64,000 nt of DNA, from assembly GCF_044704955.1 (NCBI RefSeq), contig NC_091988.1, positions 84,816,001 to 84,880,000 of the forward strand. Reading direction: 5' to 3'. Under the pieces are notes generated by a model. It was not told the DNA's origin and did not search any database. It worked only from the letters and a program-made list of their open reading frames with translations. Positions 25,807 to 38,527 of the stretch are shown here, piece by piece; positions within the stretch are counted from its first letter, which is position 1, and each line of letters opens with the position of its first letter. Origin of the DNA: Pristiophorus japonicus (lineage: Eukaryota). The translations under genes were made by a program, and so were the position numbers.

Positions 25807-26004
25807 GTCAGCCATGGCTCAATAGGTAACATGCTCGCACCTCAGTCAGAAGGTCGTGGGTTCAAGTCCCACTCCAGGGAGTTGAGCAGGTAATCCAGGC
25901 CAACACTTCCAGTGCAGTACCGAGAGAGTGCTGCACTGTCGGAGGTGCCGTCTTACGGATAAGACGTTAACCTGAGACTCTGCCTGTAATTCTGTCATTA
26001 CAAC
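25807..26004 (+). mobile_element. tRNA-derived SINE, 5' part (3' part resumes at 32049-32138 after the LTR element)
   Basis: A/B-box-like motifs; collinear with 14068-14352. Confidence 0.65.
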
Positions 26005-26235
26005 TGTCATGTATTCAACCAGCATTGTAACCCATGTATAAACTGACCGAAGTTGTACACCGTGAGAACACTGACCACTAGGTGGGAGACACTCCTAACC
26101 TGGACCTTCAGGTATAAAAGGGGAAGCTCCACCCACCTTCATCACTTGAATGCTAAGGAATAAAGGACAGGTCACAGACTGACCTCTCAAGCATGGGCTT
26201 TGTGTGCATTTATACTGTGTAGTAAGGACGTATCA
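26005..26235 (+). repeat. 5' LTR
   Basis: 231 bp; contains TATAAAA and AATAAA; direct repeat of 31815-32048. Confidence 0.93.
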
Positions 26236-26271
26236 ATGGCGACAAGAAACTGGGATTTAAACCACGCGAGC

Positions 26272-28163
26272 ATGGCCACTAGCAGAACAGACGAGAGGTA
26301 TTGTGTTAAGGAATGGTTAGGACAGAGATTCAACATTGTTAAAGCAGCACACAGTTCTCCAGGCAGACAAGGGCAGTCAGGCATGCCCCAATATGTAGTT
26401 GAACCCAGAGGGGGAGTTCGACAGAGATAATGGCAAGCTGAACAGCGATTCACGCCATTGCAAGGGACAATACGGCCAGTAATGGGGCCACCAACACCTG
26501 TTAATGCTGCACTCAAGGAAAATAACAGGGGCAGTCAGGGACGATCGACTGGCAAGGGACCTTTTGTTTCAAACCGCAACTCATGCTGGAGGCGTGGAGG
26601 CATACATTCAGCCGGAGTTTGCAGAGATGAGCAAAATACCTGCAGAAATTGCAGAAATGGACACTGGGGGAAATCGCTGGAAGCTGAAGTTCAGCGAGTT
26701 CATGTGGAGCACGTATACTGTTCATACACCAGGACGCCACCGATAATGATGAAAGTGCTCCTCAATGGCATCCCAGTATCAATGGAGTTAGACACGGGTG
26801 CCAGCCAGTCCCTGATGGGTATCAAACAGTTCAAAAAGTTGTGGCCATCCAAGGCCAGGAGGCCAAAATTATCGCCGATTGACGCACAGCTACGGACTTA
26901 CACAAAGCAGATCATTCTGGTGCTAGGCAGCGCCACGGTAGTCGTGACCCACAAAGATTCGGAGAATAGGTTGCCACTCTTGATTGTCCCAGGGGACGGT
27001 CCCGCACTACTAGGGAGGAGTTGGCTTGCTGTCCTGAACTGGAAATGGGGCGATGTCAATGCAATTTCCTCTGTGGAGCGAGTATCATGCTCACAGGTCC
27101 TGGACAAATTTGACTCATTATTTCAACCCGGCATTGGCACTTTTATGGGGGCCAAGGTAGTGATTCACATAAACCCGGACGCCAGACCAGTACACCACAA
27201 GGCCAGAGCGATGCCGTATGTGATGCGGGAAAAGATAGAAGGTGAATTGGACCGCCTTTGAGGGAAGGCATCATCTCGCCAGTCGAATTCAGTGACTGGG
27301 CGAGCCCGATTGTGCCAGTGCTCAAGGCGGATGGGTCGGTCAGGATATGTGGCGATTACAAGGCCACCATCAATCGGGTGTCACTCCAAGACCAGTACCC
27401 GCTACCGAGAGCGGAGGACCTCTTTGCGACGCTATCCGGTGGCAAACCTTTTTCAAAATTGGACCTGACCTCAGCGTACATGACCCAGGAGCTGGCGAGT
27501 GAGTCGAAGAAGCTGACCACCATCACGACACACAAGGGGTTGTTTGAGTACAACAGATGTCCGTTCGGGATTCGCTCGGCCGCCGCGATCTTCCAACGAA
27601 ATATGGAAAGTCTCCTCAAGTCGATTCCAGGGACGGTGGTTTTTCAGGACGACATCCTCATTATGGGTTACGATACTGAAGAACACCTCCACAACCTGGA
27701 GGAGGTACTACGCAGACTGGACCGGGTAGGTCTGCGACTGAAAAAGCCGAAGTGCGTCTTCCTAGCTCCAGAGGTAGAATTCCTGGGGATGAGGGTAGCA
27801 GCAGATGGGATCAGCCCTACTGCATCCAAGACGGAAGCGATCCAGAGAGCACCCAGACCCCGTAACATGACGGAGCTGCGTTCGTTCCTGGGGCTCCTGA
27901 ACTATTATGGTAACTTTCTTCCCAAATTGAGCACGCTGCTAGAGCCGCTACACGTGCTCCTACGCAAAGGTCGCGAATGGGTCTGGGGGGACAGCCAGGA
28001 AAGGGCTTTTAATAGAGCACGCAATTTGTTATGTTCCAACAATCTGTTAACGCTATATGACCCATGTAAGAAACTTGTGTTAACGTGCGATGCGTCGTTC
28101 TATGGTGTCGGGTGTGTGTTGCAGCATGTGAATGCCAAGGGTCAGTTACAGCCAGTAGCTTAT
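26272..28163 (+). pseudogene. gypsy gag remnant, protease, RT and start of RNase H
   Basis: Degenerate Zn-knuckle region CWRRGGIHSAGVC...CRNC; protease LDTGA; RT WASPIV, LDLTSAY, CPFG, FQDD; RNase H CDAS. Stop at 26430, frameshift near 27258. Confidence 0.88.
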
Positions 28164-30057
28164 AGAAACATAGAAACATAGAAAATAGGTGCAGGAGTAG
28201 GCCATTCAGCCCTTCTAGCCTGCACCGCCATTCAATGAGTTCATGGCTGAACATGCACTTCAGTAACCCCTTCCTGCTTTCTCGCCATACCCCTTGATCC
28301 CCCGAGTAGTAAGGACTTCATCTAACTCCCTTTTGAATATATTTAGTGAATTGGTCTCAACTACTTTCTGTGGTAGAGAATTCCACAGGTTCACCACTCT
28401 CTGGGTGAAGAAGTTTCTCCTCATCTCGGTCCTAAATGGCTTACCCCTTATCCTTAGACTGTGACCCCTGGTTCTGGACTTCCCCAACATTGGGAACATT
28501 CTTCCTGCATCTAACCTGTCTAAACCTGTCAGAATTTTAAACGTTTCTATGAGGTCCCCTCTCATTCTTCTGAACTCCAGTGAATACAAGCCCAGTTGAT
28601 CCAGTCTTTCTTGATAGGTCAGTCCCACCATCCTGGGAATCAGTCTGGTGAATCTTCGCTGCACTCACTCAATAGCAAGAATGTCCTTCCTCAAGTTAGG
28701 AGACCAAAACTGTACACAATACTCCAGGTGTGGCCTCACCAAAGCCCTGTACAACTGTAGCAACACCTCCCTGCCCCTGTACTCAAATCCCCTCGCTATG
28801 AAGGCCAACATGCCATTTGCTTTCTTAACCGCCTGCTGTACCTGCATGCCAGCCTTCAATGACTGATGTACCATGACACCCAGGTCTCGTTGCGCCTCAC
28901 CTTTTCCTAATCTGTCACCATTCAGATAATAGTCTGTCTCTCTGGTTTTACCACCAAAGTGGATAACCTCACATTTATCCACATTATACTTCATCTGCCA
29001 TGCATTTGCCCACTCACCTAACCTATCCAAGTCACTCTGCAGCCTCATAGCATCCTCCTCGCAGCTCACACTGCCACCCAACTTAGTGTCATCCGCAAAT
29101 TTGGAGATACTACATTTAATCCCCTCGTCTAAATCATTAATGTACAATGTAAACAGCTGGGGCCCCAGCACAGAACCTTGCGGTACCCCACTAGTCACTG
29201 CCTGCCATTCTGAAAAGTACCCATTTTCTCCCTTGTCCACTTTACTGGAAACATCCTCAAAAAATTCCAGAAGGTTTGTCAAGCATGATTTCCCTTTCAC
29301 AAATCCATGCTTATCATGTCACCATTTTCCAAATGCACTGCGATGACATCCTTAATAATTGATTCCATCATTTTACCCACTACTGATGTCAGGCTGACCG
29401 GTCTATAATTCCCTGTTTTCTCTCTCCCTCCTTTTTTAAAAAGTGGGGTTACATTGGCTACCCTTCACTCGATAGGAACTGATTCAGAGTCAATGGAATG
29501 TTGGAAAATGACTGTCAATGCATCCACTATTTCCAAGGCCACCTCCTTAAGTACTCTGGGATGCAGTCCATCAGGCCCTGGGGATTTATCGGCCTTCAAT
29601 CCCATCAATTTCCCCAACACAATTTCCCGACTAATAAAGATTTCCCTCAGTTCCTCCTCCTTACTAGACCCTCTGACCCCTTTTATATCCGGAAGGTTGT
29701 TGGTGTCCTCCTTAGTGAATACCGAACCAAAGTACTTGTTCAATTGGTCTGCCATTTCTTTGTTCCCAGTTATGACTTCCCCTGATTCTGACTGCAGGGG
29801 ACCTACGTTTGTCTTTACTAACCTTTTTCTCTTTACATACCTATAGAAACCTTTGCAATCCGCCTTAATGTTCCCTGTAAGCTTCTTCTCGTACTCCATT
29901 TTCCCTGCCCTAATCAAACCCTTTGTCCTCCTCTGCTGAGTTCTAAATTTCTCCCAGTCCCCGGGTTCACTGCTATTTCTGGCCAATTTGTATGCCACTT
30001 CCTTGGCTTTAATACTATCCCTGATTTCCCTTGATAGCCACGGTTGAGCCACCTTCC
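28164..30057 (-). mobile_element. CR1 LINE, 5'-truncated, nested in the gypsy RNase H
   Basis: Tail (atagaaac)n at the left end; RT ORFs 28260-30052 on minus; internal deletion joining VDKGE to NGYFSEW; CTTAT at both junctions. Confidence 0.93.
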
Positions 30058-31785
30058 CTTATGCCTCCAGGAGTCTGTCCCAGGCAGAAAGGGGCTATGG
30101 GATGGTAGAAAAGGAGGCGCTCGCATGTGTATATGCGGTAAAGAAAATGCATGTGTATATGCGGTAAAGAAAATGCACCAGTACCTGTTTGGCAGGAAAT
30201 TTGAGCTGGAGACAGATCACAAACCCCTAACGTCCCTTTTGGCCGACAACAAGGTCATAAATGCAAATGCATCGGCCCGCATACAGAGGTGGGCACTCAC
30301 GTTAGCTGCCTATGACTACACAATTCGGCACAGACCGGGCACCGAAAACTGCGCCGATGCACTCAGCAGGCTCCTACTAGCCACCACTGAGGGGACTACC
30401 GAGCATGGTGCTGAGATGGTCATGACTGTTGAAGCTTTCGGAAGCGAAGGCTCACCCGTGACAGCCCGTCAGATTAAAGTCTGGACAAACAGAGACCCGC
30501 TATTGTCTCTAGTCAAGAAATGTGTCCTGAATGGGGACTGGGCAGCCATGTACAGGGCATGCCCTGAGAAATTTAAACCATTTCACAGGCGCAAGGATGA
30601 ACTCTCGATTCAGGCCGATTGCCTACGGTGGGGAAACCGCGTAGTCATGCCCCAGATGGGCAGAGAGGTGTTCATCAGAGAACTCCACAATGGGCACCCG
30701 GGCATTGTCACGATGAAGGCAATTGCCAAGTCACACGTTTGGTGGCCAGGGATAGACGCAGATCTGGAACTTTGTGTTCGCAGGTGCAACACGTGTGCCC
30801 AGCTGGGCCATGCGCCCAGGGAAGCCCCCCTTAGCCCCTGGCCATGGCCCGCCAAGCCTTGGTCACGCATCCATGTGGACTACGCAGGTCCTTTCATGGG
30901 GAAAATGTTTTTGGTTGTAGTAGACGCCTACTCCAAATGGATCGAGTGTGACATTTTAAATTCAAGCACATCCTCTGCCACGGTAGAAAGTCTACGGGAA
31001 ATGTTCGCCGCCCACGGTCTACCGGACATCTTGGTCAGCGACAATGGCCCGTGCTTCACAAGCACTGAATTCCAGGACTTCATGCAGGCAATGGAAATAA
31101 CCATTTTAGAACGGCACCATTCAAGCCGGCCTCAAACGGCCAGGCAGAACGAGCAGTGCAGATAATCAAACAGGGGATGCTCAGATTCCAAGGGGGTTCC
31201 CTACAAACCCGCTTATCACGCCTCCTGTTGGCCTATAGATCCCGACCACACTCGCTCACAGGGGTTCCACCCGCACAGCTACTAATGAAAAGGAAGCTCA
31301 AAACCCGATTATCCCTTATACACTCCACCATGAAAGAAATTGTCGAGAGCAGGCGCCAGTCACAATATCACTACCATGACAGGAATGCGAGGGCGCGATG
31401 TATTGATGCAAATGATCCTGTTTTTGTCCTCAACTGCGCTGCAGGGCCCAAATGGCTCGCAGGCACTGTGGTTGCCAAAGAGGGAAATAGGATTCTGGTA
31501 GTTAAACTTACCAATGGACAAATCTGCCGCAAACATGTGGATCAAACAAAAAGGAGGTTCAGCAACCCCATAGAAAAAGCAGAGGAACAACACGATATAG
31601 AGTTCACTCCACCACAGGTGACCGAACACCGGAACCAAAGGGAGGAGAGCCCAGTTACTGTGGGCAGTCCGGACAGGCCTGAGGCACTGCAAACAGCAGA
31701 CACTCAGGCCAGCGCCCAACAACCAGAGCCCCAACTCAGGCGCTCTACAAGGGAGCATAAACCACCAGAGAGACTCAACCTGTGA
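30058..31785 (+). pseudogene. gypsy RNase H C-terminus and integrase
   Basis: ETDHKPL, RIQRW, HHCC (LHNGHPG...CNTC), HVDYAGP, SDNGPCF; frameshifts near 30150 and 31085-31105. Confidence 0.88.
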
Positions 31786-31814
31786 TCCCAATAAGACTTT
31801 GAGGGGGGAGGTGC

Positions 31815-32048
31815 TGTCATGTATTCAACCAGCAGTGTAACCCATGTATAAACTGACCGAAGTTGTACACCGTGAGAACACTGACCACTAGTTGGGAGAC
31901 ACTCCTAACCTGGACCTTCAGGTATAAAAGGGGAAGCTCCACCCACCTTCATCACTTGAATGCTAAGGAATAAAGGACAGGTCACGGACTGACATTTTCT
32001 CAAGCATGGGCCTCGTGTGCATTTATACTGTATAGTAAGGACGTAACA
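31815..32048 (+). repeat. 3' LTR
   Basis: 234 bp; about 8 substitutions and one 3-bp indel versus the 5' LTR by eye. Confidence 0.93.
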
Positions 32049-32138
32049 ACAACTGTGACCACACTTCAAAAATACTGAATTGACTGTAAAGTGCTTTTGG
32101 ATGTTCCGTGGTTGTGAAATGTGCTATATAGACACAAG

Positions 32139-32735
32139 GGGCTAGATCTTCGGCTTTCCATTTTCAGGGCGAAAACAGAGGCTAGGCAGGGAATTTACTG
32201 CCCAATTAACGTCAGCGATTAATTGCTTAACTTTCAACATTTGGGCTCTGTGCCAGAGGTGGAGCGCAAAGGGAGGCGTTGAACTACTTTTGCAGCGCAA
32301 AAACAGGAACCTCGCCAACTTTAGTGCGGGGCCAGGAGCGTTCAGAGAGAGGCCTTGGGAGGGGAAAAAATGTCAAAAAATCATTAAAGAAACATTGCCA
32401 ACACCCTTACCTCACAAATCGCTGCAAAAATGAAAACATTAAAAATTTTAACTTACCTTTTTTCCAGTTTATCCAACTCACCACCGCTGACAGGGCTGTG
32501 TTTTCCCTGGTGGTCATCGTGGGGTGCGTTTCGCGGCGTACGGGTCGAGTGAGACTCGAAACTCGCAGCGGTGTCACAATGTGAGCCGGTGCACACCTGG
32601 TGCTTCTAAGCGCCGCCGCAAAAAAGGAATCGAGGATCGCGACAGGGTGAAAAACAGCTGACCGACAAGAGTTTTCGCCGCGGAGGGTCAAAACCCGGCA
32701 AAAACCCGGTCACAAATGACCCCAAAATCCAGCCC
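32139..32735. mobile_element. Harbinger-like MITE, unit 2
   Basis: GGGCTAGATCTT...AAAATCCAGCCC with AAG on both sides. Confidence 0.65.
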
Positions 32736-35086
32736 AAGTTCTTTCTTTCTTTTCACTGGGTGCACAAATGGATTGTCCATTTTACCGTAGTAGAACCACA
32801 CTATAACATGGCACATCGGGACACTTCCTCCAATGGGGCCGCGCCACACTACCTGAGCACAGCTTCTGCCGAAACCAAACCACAAGTTCCTGAGGCGGCG
32901 GTTAATTCCCCCAATAAACCACAGCCAGCTTCCTCCACATCTTCCTGCCAAGGTCATGAACAACACAGCACAGCACTCTATAAACCAATTAATCAGCAAG
33001 GCCAAGAATTATAGCAGGGACATTGGTTGACTTTCCCCCCCTTCCATAACCGACACTAAGGCAAATTGATCAACACCATGGGCCAAGACTAGTAAGCTCA
33101 GGACAAGTTCAGAAGTTAAATGTGGTGTCTGCTTGCCTGTCTGGTTCAGTTCCACCCTGTCCATCCTGAGTGAACCATTGGGTCGTAGATCAGGAGCTGG
33201 GATTCCAGGGCTGGGACTAAGGAGTGGGCAGGGGACGGTTGGAGAGGGGGCGGAGGGCTCCAGGAAGGTCCTAGAGTAACAGAAGAAGGTGGGGGCGGGA
33301 AGGTAGGGGAAGGGGATGGGGGGCAGGGACAGTTGCAGGGGGTGGGGGCTGGACCAGCTGGTTTGGCAGGGTTCGGACAGGGGGTGAGGAACAGTGCGAG
33401 TGGTGAGGTGCTGGGGCACATAGTGGCCAGTTGAAGGGGAAAGGTGGGGGGACAGGGGTGGTGGGTGGGTGGGGCTAGGAGGGACGTAACAGACATTGGG
33501 GTGCAGGAATTGTGGACGGGGTGGGGTCAGTAGGTGGCAGCATCAGTGGGGGGAGGGGGCAGGGGATAGTTAGCAGGGTGCTGAAATTAGCGATGGGGGT
33601 GAGCTCAGGAGCCAGGAGTGGGAGAGGAGGGAAGCTCAATTGGCAAAAGAATTTTCAATGATAATCGAGAGAGAAGAAGAATTCTGTAATAACTTGACCT
33701 CTGACCCAGGGCCATCGAAGACAAATATTCACATGCCCAGACTGAGTGCAGCCCACGGGTTGGGAGGGGTCACTCAGCCATCCTGTCTCACCTCCTCGGT
33801 CTTGTCCATGCTCAGGTGGCCCTGGAGAGGGAGCATGCGGTGCCCATCGGTACACTCGAGTCCTCCTGTAACCGATGGGTGCCGCAGGGAAAGGAAAGTC
33901 TTATCGACACGAGTAATAATATTGTGATTTACATTATGAGTTTATTTTAGTTTAATAGGTGATGATGTTTAATTATATTAGTGGTGCCGCCTCAGTTTGA
34001 GGGGCACTTATGCAGCTGCCTCTCTGTTGGTGGAACTGGGCCAATCCAGCATCACTTCTATTGATTTATTAAAATAAACCAAGACTTGACCAATTCTCTA
34101 CATGCAATCAGCTATTGGACCTCAACAGGTCACTACAGACTGCATCAGGCTGTAGGGCAGTTATCCTGTTTAGATCTGAATCCAATCTCATTCTAAACAA
34201 GTCTCCAATCGTTTTCGGGTCTTGCACCAAAAGGATTATAAAAGAGCCCATGTACAGCTTTAAAACTAACAACAACCTGCACTTATGTAGTGCCTTTAAC
34301 ATCGTAAGATGACCCAAGGTGCTTCACAGTAGTGTTATCAAACACAATTTGACACTGAGTTACAAGTGGAGATATTAGAACAGGTGATCAAAAACTTGTC
34401 AAATAGATAGGTCTTAAAGAGCGTCTTCCAGGAGGACAAACGCAAAATATTGCAGGTGCTGGAAATTTGAAATAAAAATAGAAAATTTTGGAAATACTCA
34501 GCAGGTCAGGCAACATTTTGGAGAGAGAAACACAGTTAACGTTTCAGGTCGATGAACTTCCGTCAGAATTTAATGTCGATGATCTTTCATTAGCGTCTGA
34601 GAGGAGGAGAGAGGCAGAGAGGAGGAGAGGCTCAGGGAGGATATCCCAGAGCATAGGGCAAAGGCAGCAGAAGGCACAGCCAGCAATGGTGGAGCAATCG
34701 AAATCAGGGAGACGCAAGAGGCCACAATTGGAGGAGCGCAGAGATCTCGGAGCGTTGCAGGGTTGGAGGCAGGGGCGGAGTCGGGCAGTGGTACGGAGAT
34801 GGAAATAGACTTCTTTCAGTGAAACATTATCAAAGCTCTTAATAAAATATAGCTCTGTATTTATCTGAATTCAAAAAGTATGTGTAAATTTAAATAGTTT
34901 GAATAGAATGTATGTTCTTTAGGGGGTCTGTATATGTTTCTTTCATTATATTCTGCTTCAGTAAATCTTCAGTACATCAAAAAACAAAAGCTGAACTTGT
35001 CTTGTTCCCATAGACCCAGATAGTCTCCAGCCTGGAGCATCTCCCGATCACTGACCCAGTCTGTGTGAAAAACTTTCTGGAAACAA

Positions 35087-35178
35087 CCAATTAGTAAGAT
35101 TGTTGGATAGTCTATTGGTTTCGTTGAACCACACCTGCTCCAATTGTTTTCAGGTGATGGCAGGCTGTGTGTATAAAA
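35087..35178 (+). promoter_or_regulatory. Proximal promoter of ZP3 copy 3
   Basis: Same layout; TATAAAA 35172-35178. Confidence 0.65.
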
Positions 35179-35230
35179 GGGGATCAGGGGCCTCCCCACA
35201 GAGCACAGTTGAGCTGCAGTAGTTTGTATT

Positions 35231-38200
35231 ATGGGGCAACTAGTGAAGGGTTTGGGTCCTCTGTTGGTGTTGATTGGAGTTGTTTGTTGCTCTGATACTA
35301 GGCAGCGGTTTAGAAACTGGGACTTCCCATGGAGCATTGAGAAGGCCACTCGTGTCCCTTCTGGCCCAGATTTTGGTTCTGATTTCAGTAAGTCTGAGGG
35401 GCAAAGTGTGTCTCCACTGCAGACTGTGATGGTACAGTGTGGAGAGCAGAACCTGCTGGTCAGTGTGCAGATGGATTTATTTGGAACCAGGCACCTGATT
35501 AAAGCAGCTGATCTGACCCTGGGGTCAACAGGTTGTCGGCCTACTGGGGTCTACTCTCAGAACCACACTGTCCTATTTCACTATGGGCTCCATGAATGTG
35601 ACAGCACAGTAAAGGTAATGTGATTCTTGATCTAAAACCTTCTGCAAACAATGGGCCATTGGGAGGAGGAACATGGGCATAGACTAGTTGGGCTGAATGG
35701 ACTGTGTGTGCTGAACATTCAATGAAATATTTGGACCTGTAACAATATGATTTTAATGTAAGCTTTCATTTTGATTGGACTTCATGATCAGAATATTTTA
35801 GTGAGGTCTGTTTAAATGAGATACTCATGGAGGTTTCTTTCCCTGATTCAATGTTTTATTGATTGAATCTAAACTGGTCATCTGTACTGAAGTACATGGT
35901 GACGAGACTGCCTTGAGCAATGTAACAATGGAGGGTGAGATGAAGGGTTGTGGCAACATGGGTGACTTTTTTTGATGTACGTTTGGTGGTTTAGTTTTGA
36001 TTTCTGAGATTGAACTCCAACTTTATCCCAACCGATGTTATATTTCACAATTTGTAGAAAATCATGGGAACTGATTACTAAATATTCAAGGGTTCTTTTA
36101 TGCAAAAATGCTTTGACAGAATGAGGCATTTTTCATCAAATTGAGCTGCCCCTAGAGTAAAGGCAGAACATGCTTATGGTGAAATTGTACTGAGGAAACC
36201 TAGACTGAAGACAATCCTTTTGAAGGAATTGTCAGGATTGTTTAAATTTGGAATGTTATGTCTTGCATAGTCAGACTAGATACTGTGAGCTCAAAGTAAG
36301 ATGTGACCATAGTCCTTTTATTACAGATCAGAGTAGCCTGTGAGACCTCCTTTTTTTTTAACTATATAATGATGCTCCCATGGCATACTGGGTTACCTTG
36401 GGACTCCAGGGGATAAGTCCTCTGGTGGTTTGACATGGTATTTAAAGGTTTACATGCATCACCATAAGTGACCATAAAGTACTGAGGCCCAATGGAGCAG
36501 TTATCCCTAGTGCTGTCTTCCATCCCTAAACCCCTCTGCCTTTCTACCACTCCATCTGTTTATGGTACTTATTCAAACTTTGCTTAAGTGGTCAAGCCTT
36601 TCGTCAAAGATCTTGCGTCGATTGGTGCCAAACTTTTTTTTGAACCTCCCGTGAAGTGCCTTAATGTTTTACGATGTCAAGTGAGTTATATAAATGCCTA
36701 AGTGCTTGATTGAGGTTCCCTTCCCCTAGAGGCTGAAATATCTCTTCAAATGGATTTGGATAGGGCTGGGACTCTAATTAATAGAAGTATGAATTGCTGT
36801 GTGTTTCTCTAATCACTGCTCTCTTGTCCAAGAATAACTCCCTTGTTCTGTACCTGACCCTGACCAGATCACATTTTCTCTCCCAGATGACGGACGACCT
36901 GCTGATTTACACCACCCACCTGTACTACAAGCCGAGCCATATTGGAGGAGTCATTGTGAGAACCAGTGGAGCAGTGGTCCCTATTGTGTGCCATTATCCC
37001 AGGTAAGGTAGATGATTGACAGGCTCTCCTTTCCTCCAACGGCGGTTGGGGGTGGTGGGGTTTGTGAATTGGAAGTTAAGCTGCCGCCTTCCTTCCCAAA
37101 GGAAGAGGACAGTGAGCAGCAATGCGATCAAGCCCACCTGGGTCCCCTTCTCCTCCACCAAGGCAGGAGAGGGACGTCTGTCATTCTCCCTGCGTCTGAT
37201 GACTGGTAAGTGATCGTCAATTGTCTACCATGCCTGTTTTACCCATTCCTTGGAATCAAGTGAGGAACCCAAAGCTTGTGTTCCTGTGCTCATTCTCTTT
37301 CCCTTTCCAGCTAACTGGAGTGCAGAGCGTACCTCCAATATCTACCACCTGGGTGACCTCATTCACATCGAGGCCTCTGTGATGACCGTGAACCACATGC
37401 CTCTGAAGCTCTATATTGACCGCTGTATAGCTACACTGAGCCCAGACCAGGACTCCACCCCCAGATACAACATTATTGACTTCAACGGGTAAGGTCTTTA
37501 TCTGGGCTGCATAAGTCACACTCCTAACTGTTTGGCGGAGGGAATCCATTCTTAATGATGCAGCTCTTTCCGACCCTCTTTCCAGTTGCCTGTTGGACAG
37601 CCGAGATGAAGACTCTTTTTCTTCCTTCGTGTCACCACGAGATCACCTGGATAAGCTTCAGTTCAAGCTGGATGCATTCCGCTTCTTTGAAGACGACAGG
37701 GACTTGGTAAGAGGAGACCAGATGTTGAGATGGTGAGCGTTTGACACTGAGTAACTCCTGCATGTGTCTCCTGCAGATCTTCATCACTTGCCACCTGAAA
37801 GTAGCTGCAGCAGATCAAAGGCCAGATTCAGTCAACAAAGCTTGTTCCTTCCAGAAGCCAGCCAACCGGTGAGTGAATTCTAACCAACAATGGTGATCGT
37901 CTTTGGTCAGAATGCATCCATATGCCAATCGTGTGCTTCCTTGTTTGTTTAGATGGTCCCTGGTGACTGAATTGGACATGTCCATGGTGGAAGGATCTAA
38001 TGAAGTTTGTGCCTGTTGTGATGGGGGCAACTGTGGAGCCTCGAGATTGCGATCTGGAGGAAGACTTCACTCCAGGGACAGGAGGGAAGTCCTATCTGAG
38101 CTGGGTATGTTGTGGTGGTATTGGGTGTTGGGGCTATTGTTCGATGTTTGTTTGTAACTGGATGGAATGAATTGTTGCAGAGTCGGAGCCTGTGTGGGAG

Positions 38201-38475
38201 GGTGAAGTTTCCCTTGGACCACTGATCGTTCTGGATGCTGATCTGAAGGACCTGGTCCATTCGATGGGAAGTGAAGCTGTCGAGACTCGTGAGGAGATTC
38301 CGAGTTCTTCTCCAGGTGAGTGTTGATTTTGAGAACCCAATTCCAGTCTAGTGACTCCTGACTCAATGGCTTCTCATTCTCTGCAGGTGAGGTGCTTCTG
38401 GTTGTGACGTTGGCAGTTGGGGCCCTGATCTCAGCCACTCTGGTGGCCGCCTTCCTCTTTAGGAAACACACCTGA
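35231..38475 (+). CDS. zp3: ZP3-like, copy 3, 9 coding exons, 456 aa
   Basis: Exons 35231-35614, 36887-37002, 37102-37205, 37311-37488, 37586-37706, 37777-37868, 37953-38104, 38181-38315, 38387-38475. Exon 3 acceptor is AAG rather than CAG; RDRR furin site. Confidence 0.92.
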
Positions 38476-38521
38476 ATCCTTTCTCATTTGGGCTTTTCTA
38501 TCATTTGTCAAAAAATGGAGT

Positions 38522-38527
38522 AATAAA
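38522..38527 (+). terminator. Polyadenylation signal, copy 3
   Basis: AATAAA at the homologous position. Confidence 0.65.

Larger units (their letters stand above)
26005..32048 (+). mobile_element. Ty3/gypsy LTR retrotransposon, defective
   Basis: LTRs 26005-26235 and 31815-32048 (TG...CA), ACAAC target duplication (26000-26004, 32049-32053), PBS-like TGGCGAC at 26237, polypurine tract 31801-31811, domain order PR-RT-RH-IN. Confidence 0.95.

Noticed and set aside
26111-26124. LTR gtataaaagggga identical to the ZP3 TATA region, suggesting an LTR-derived promoter
   Set aside because: Only about 13 bp of a generic TATA context match; the flanks show no similarity.
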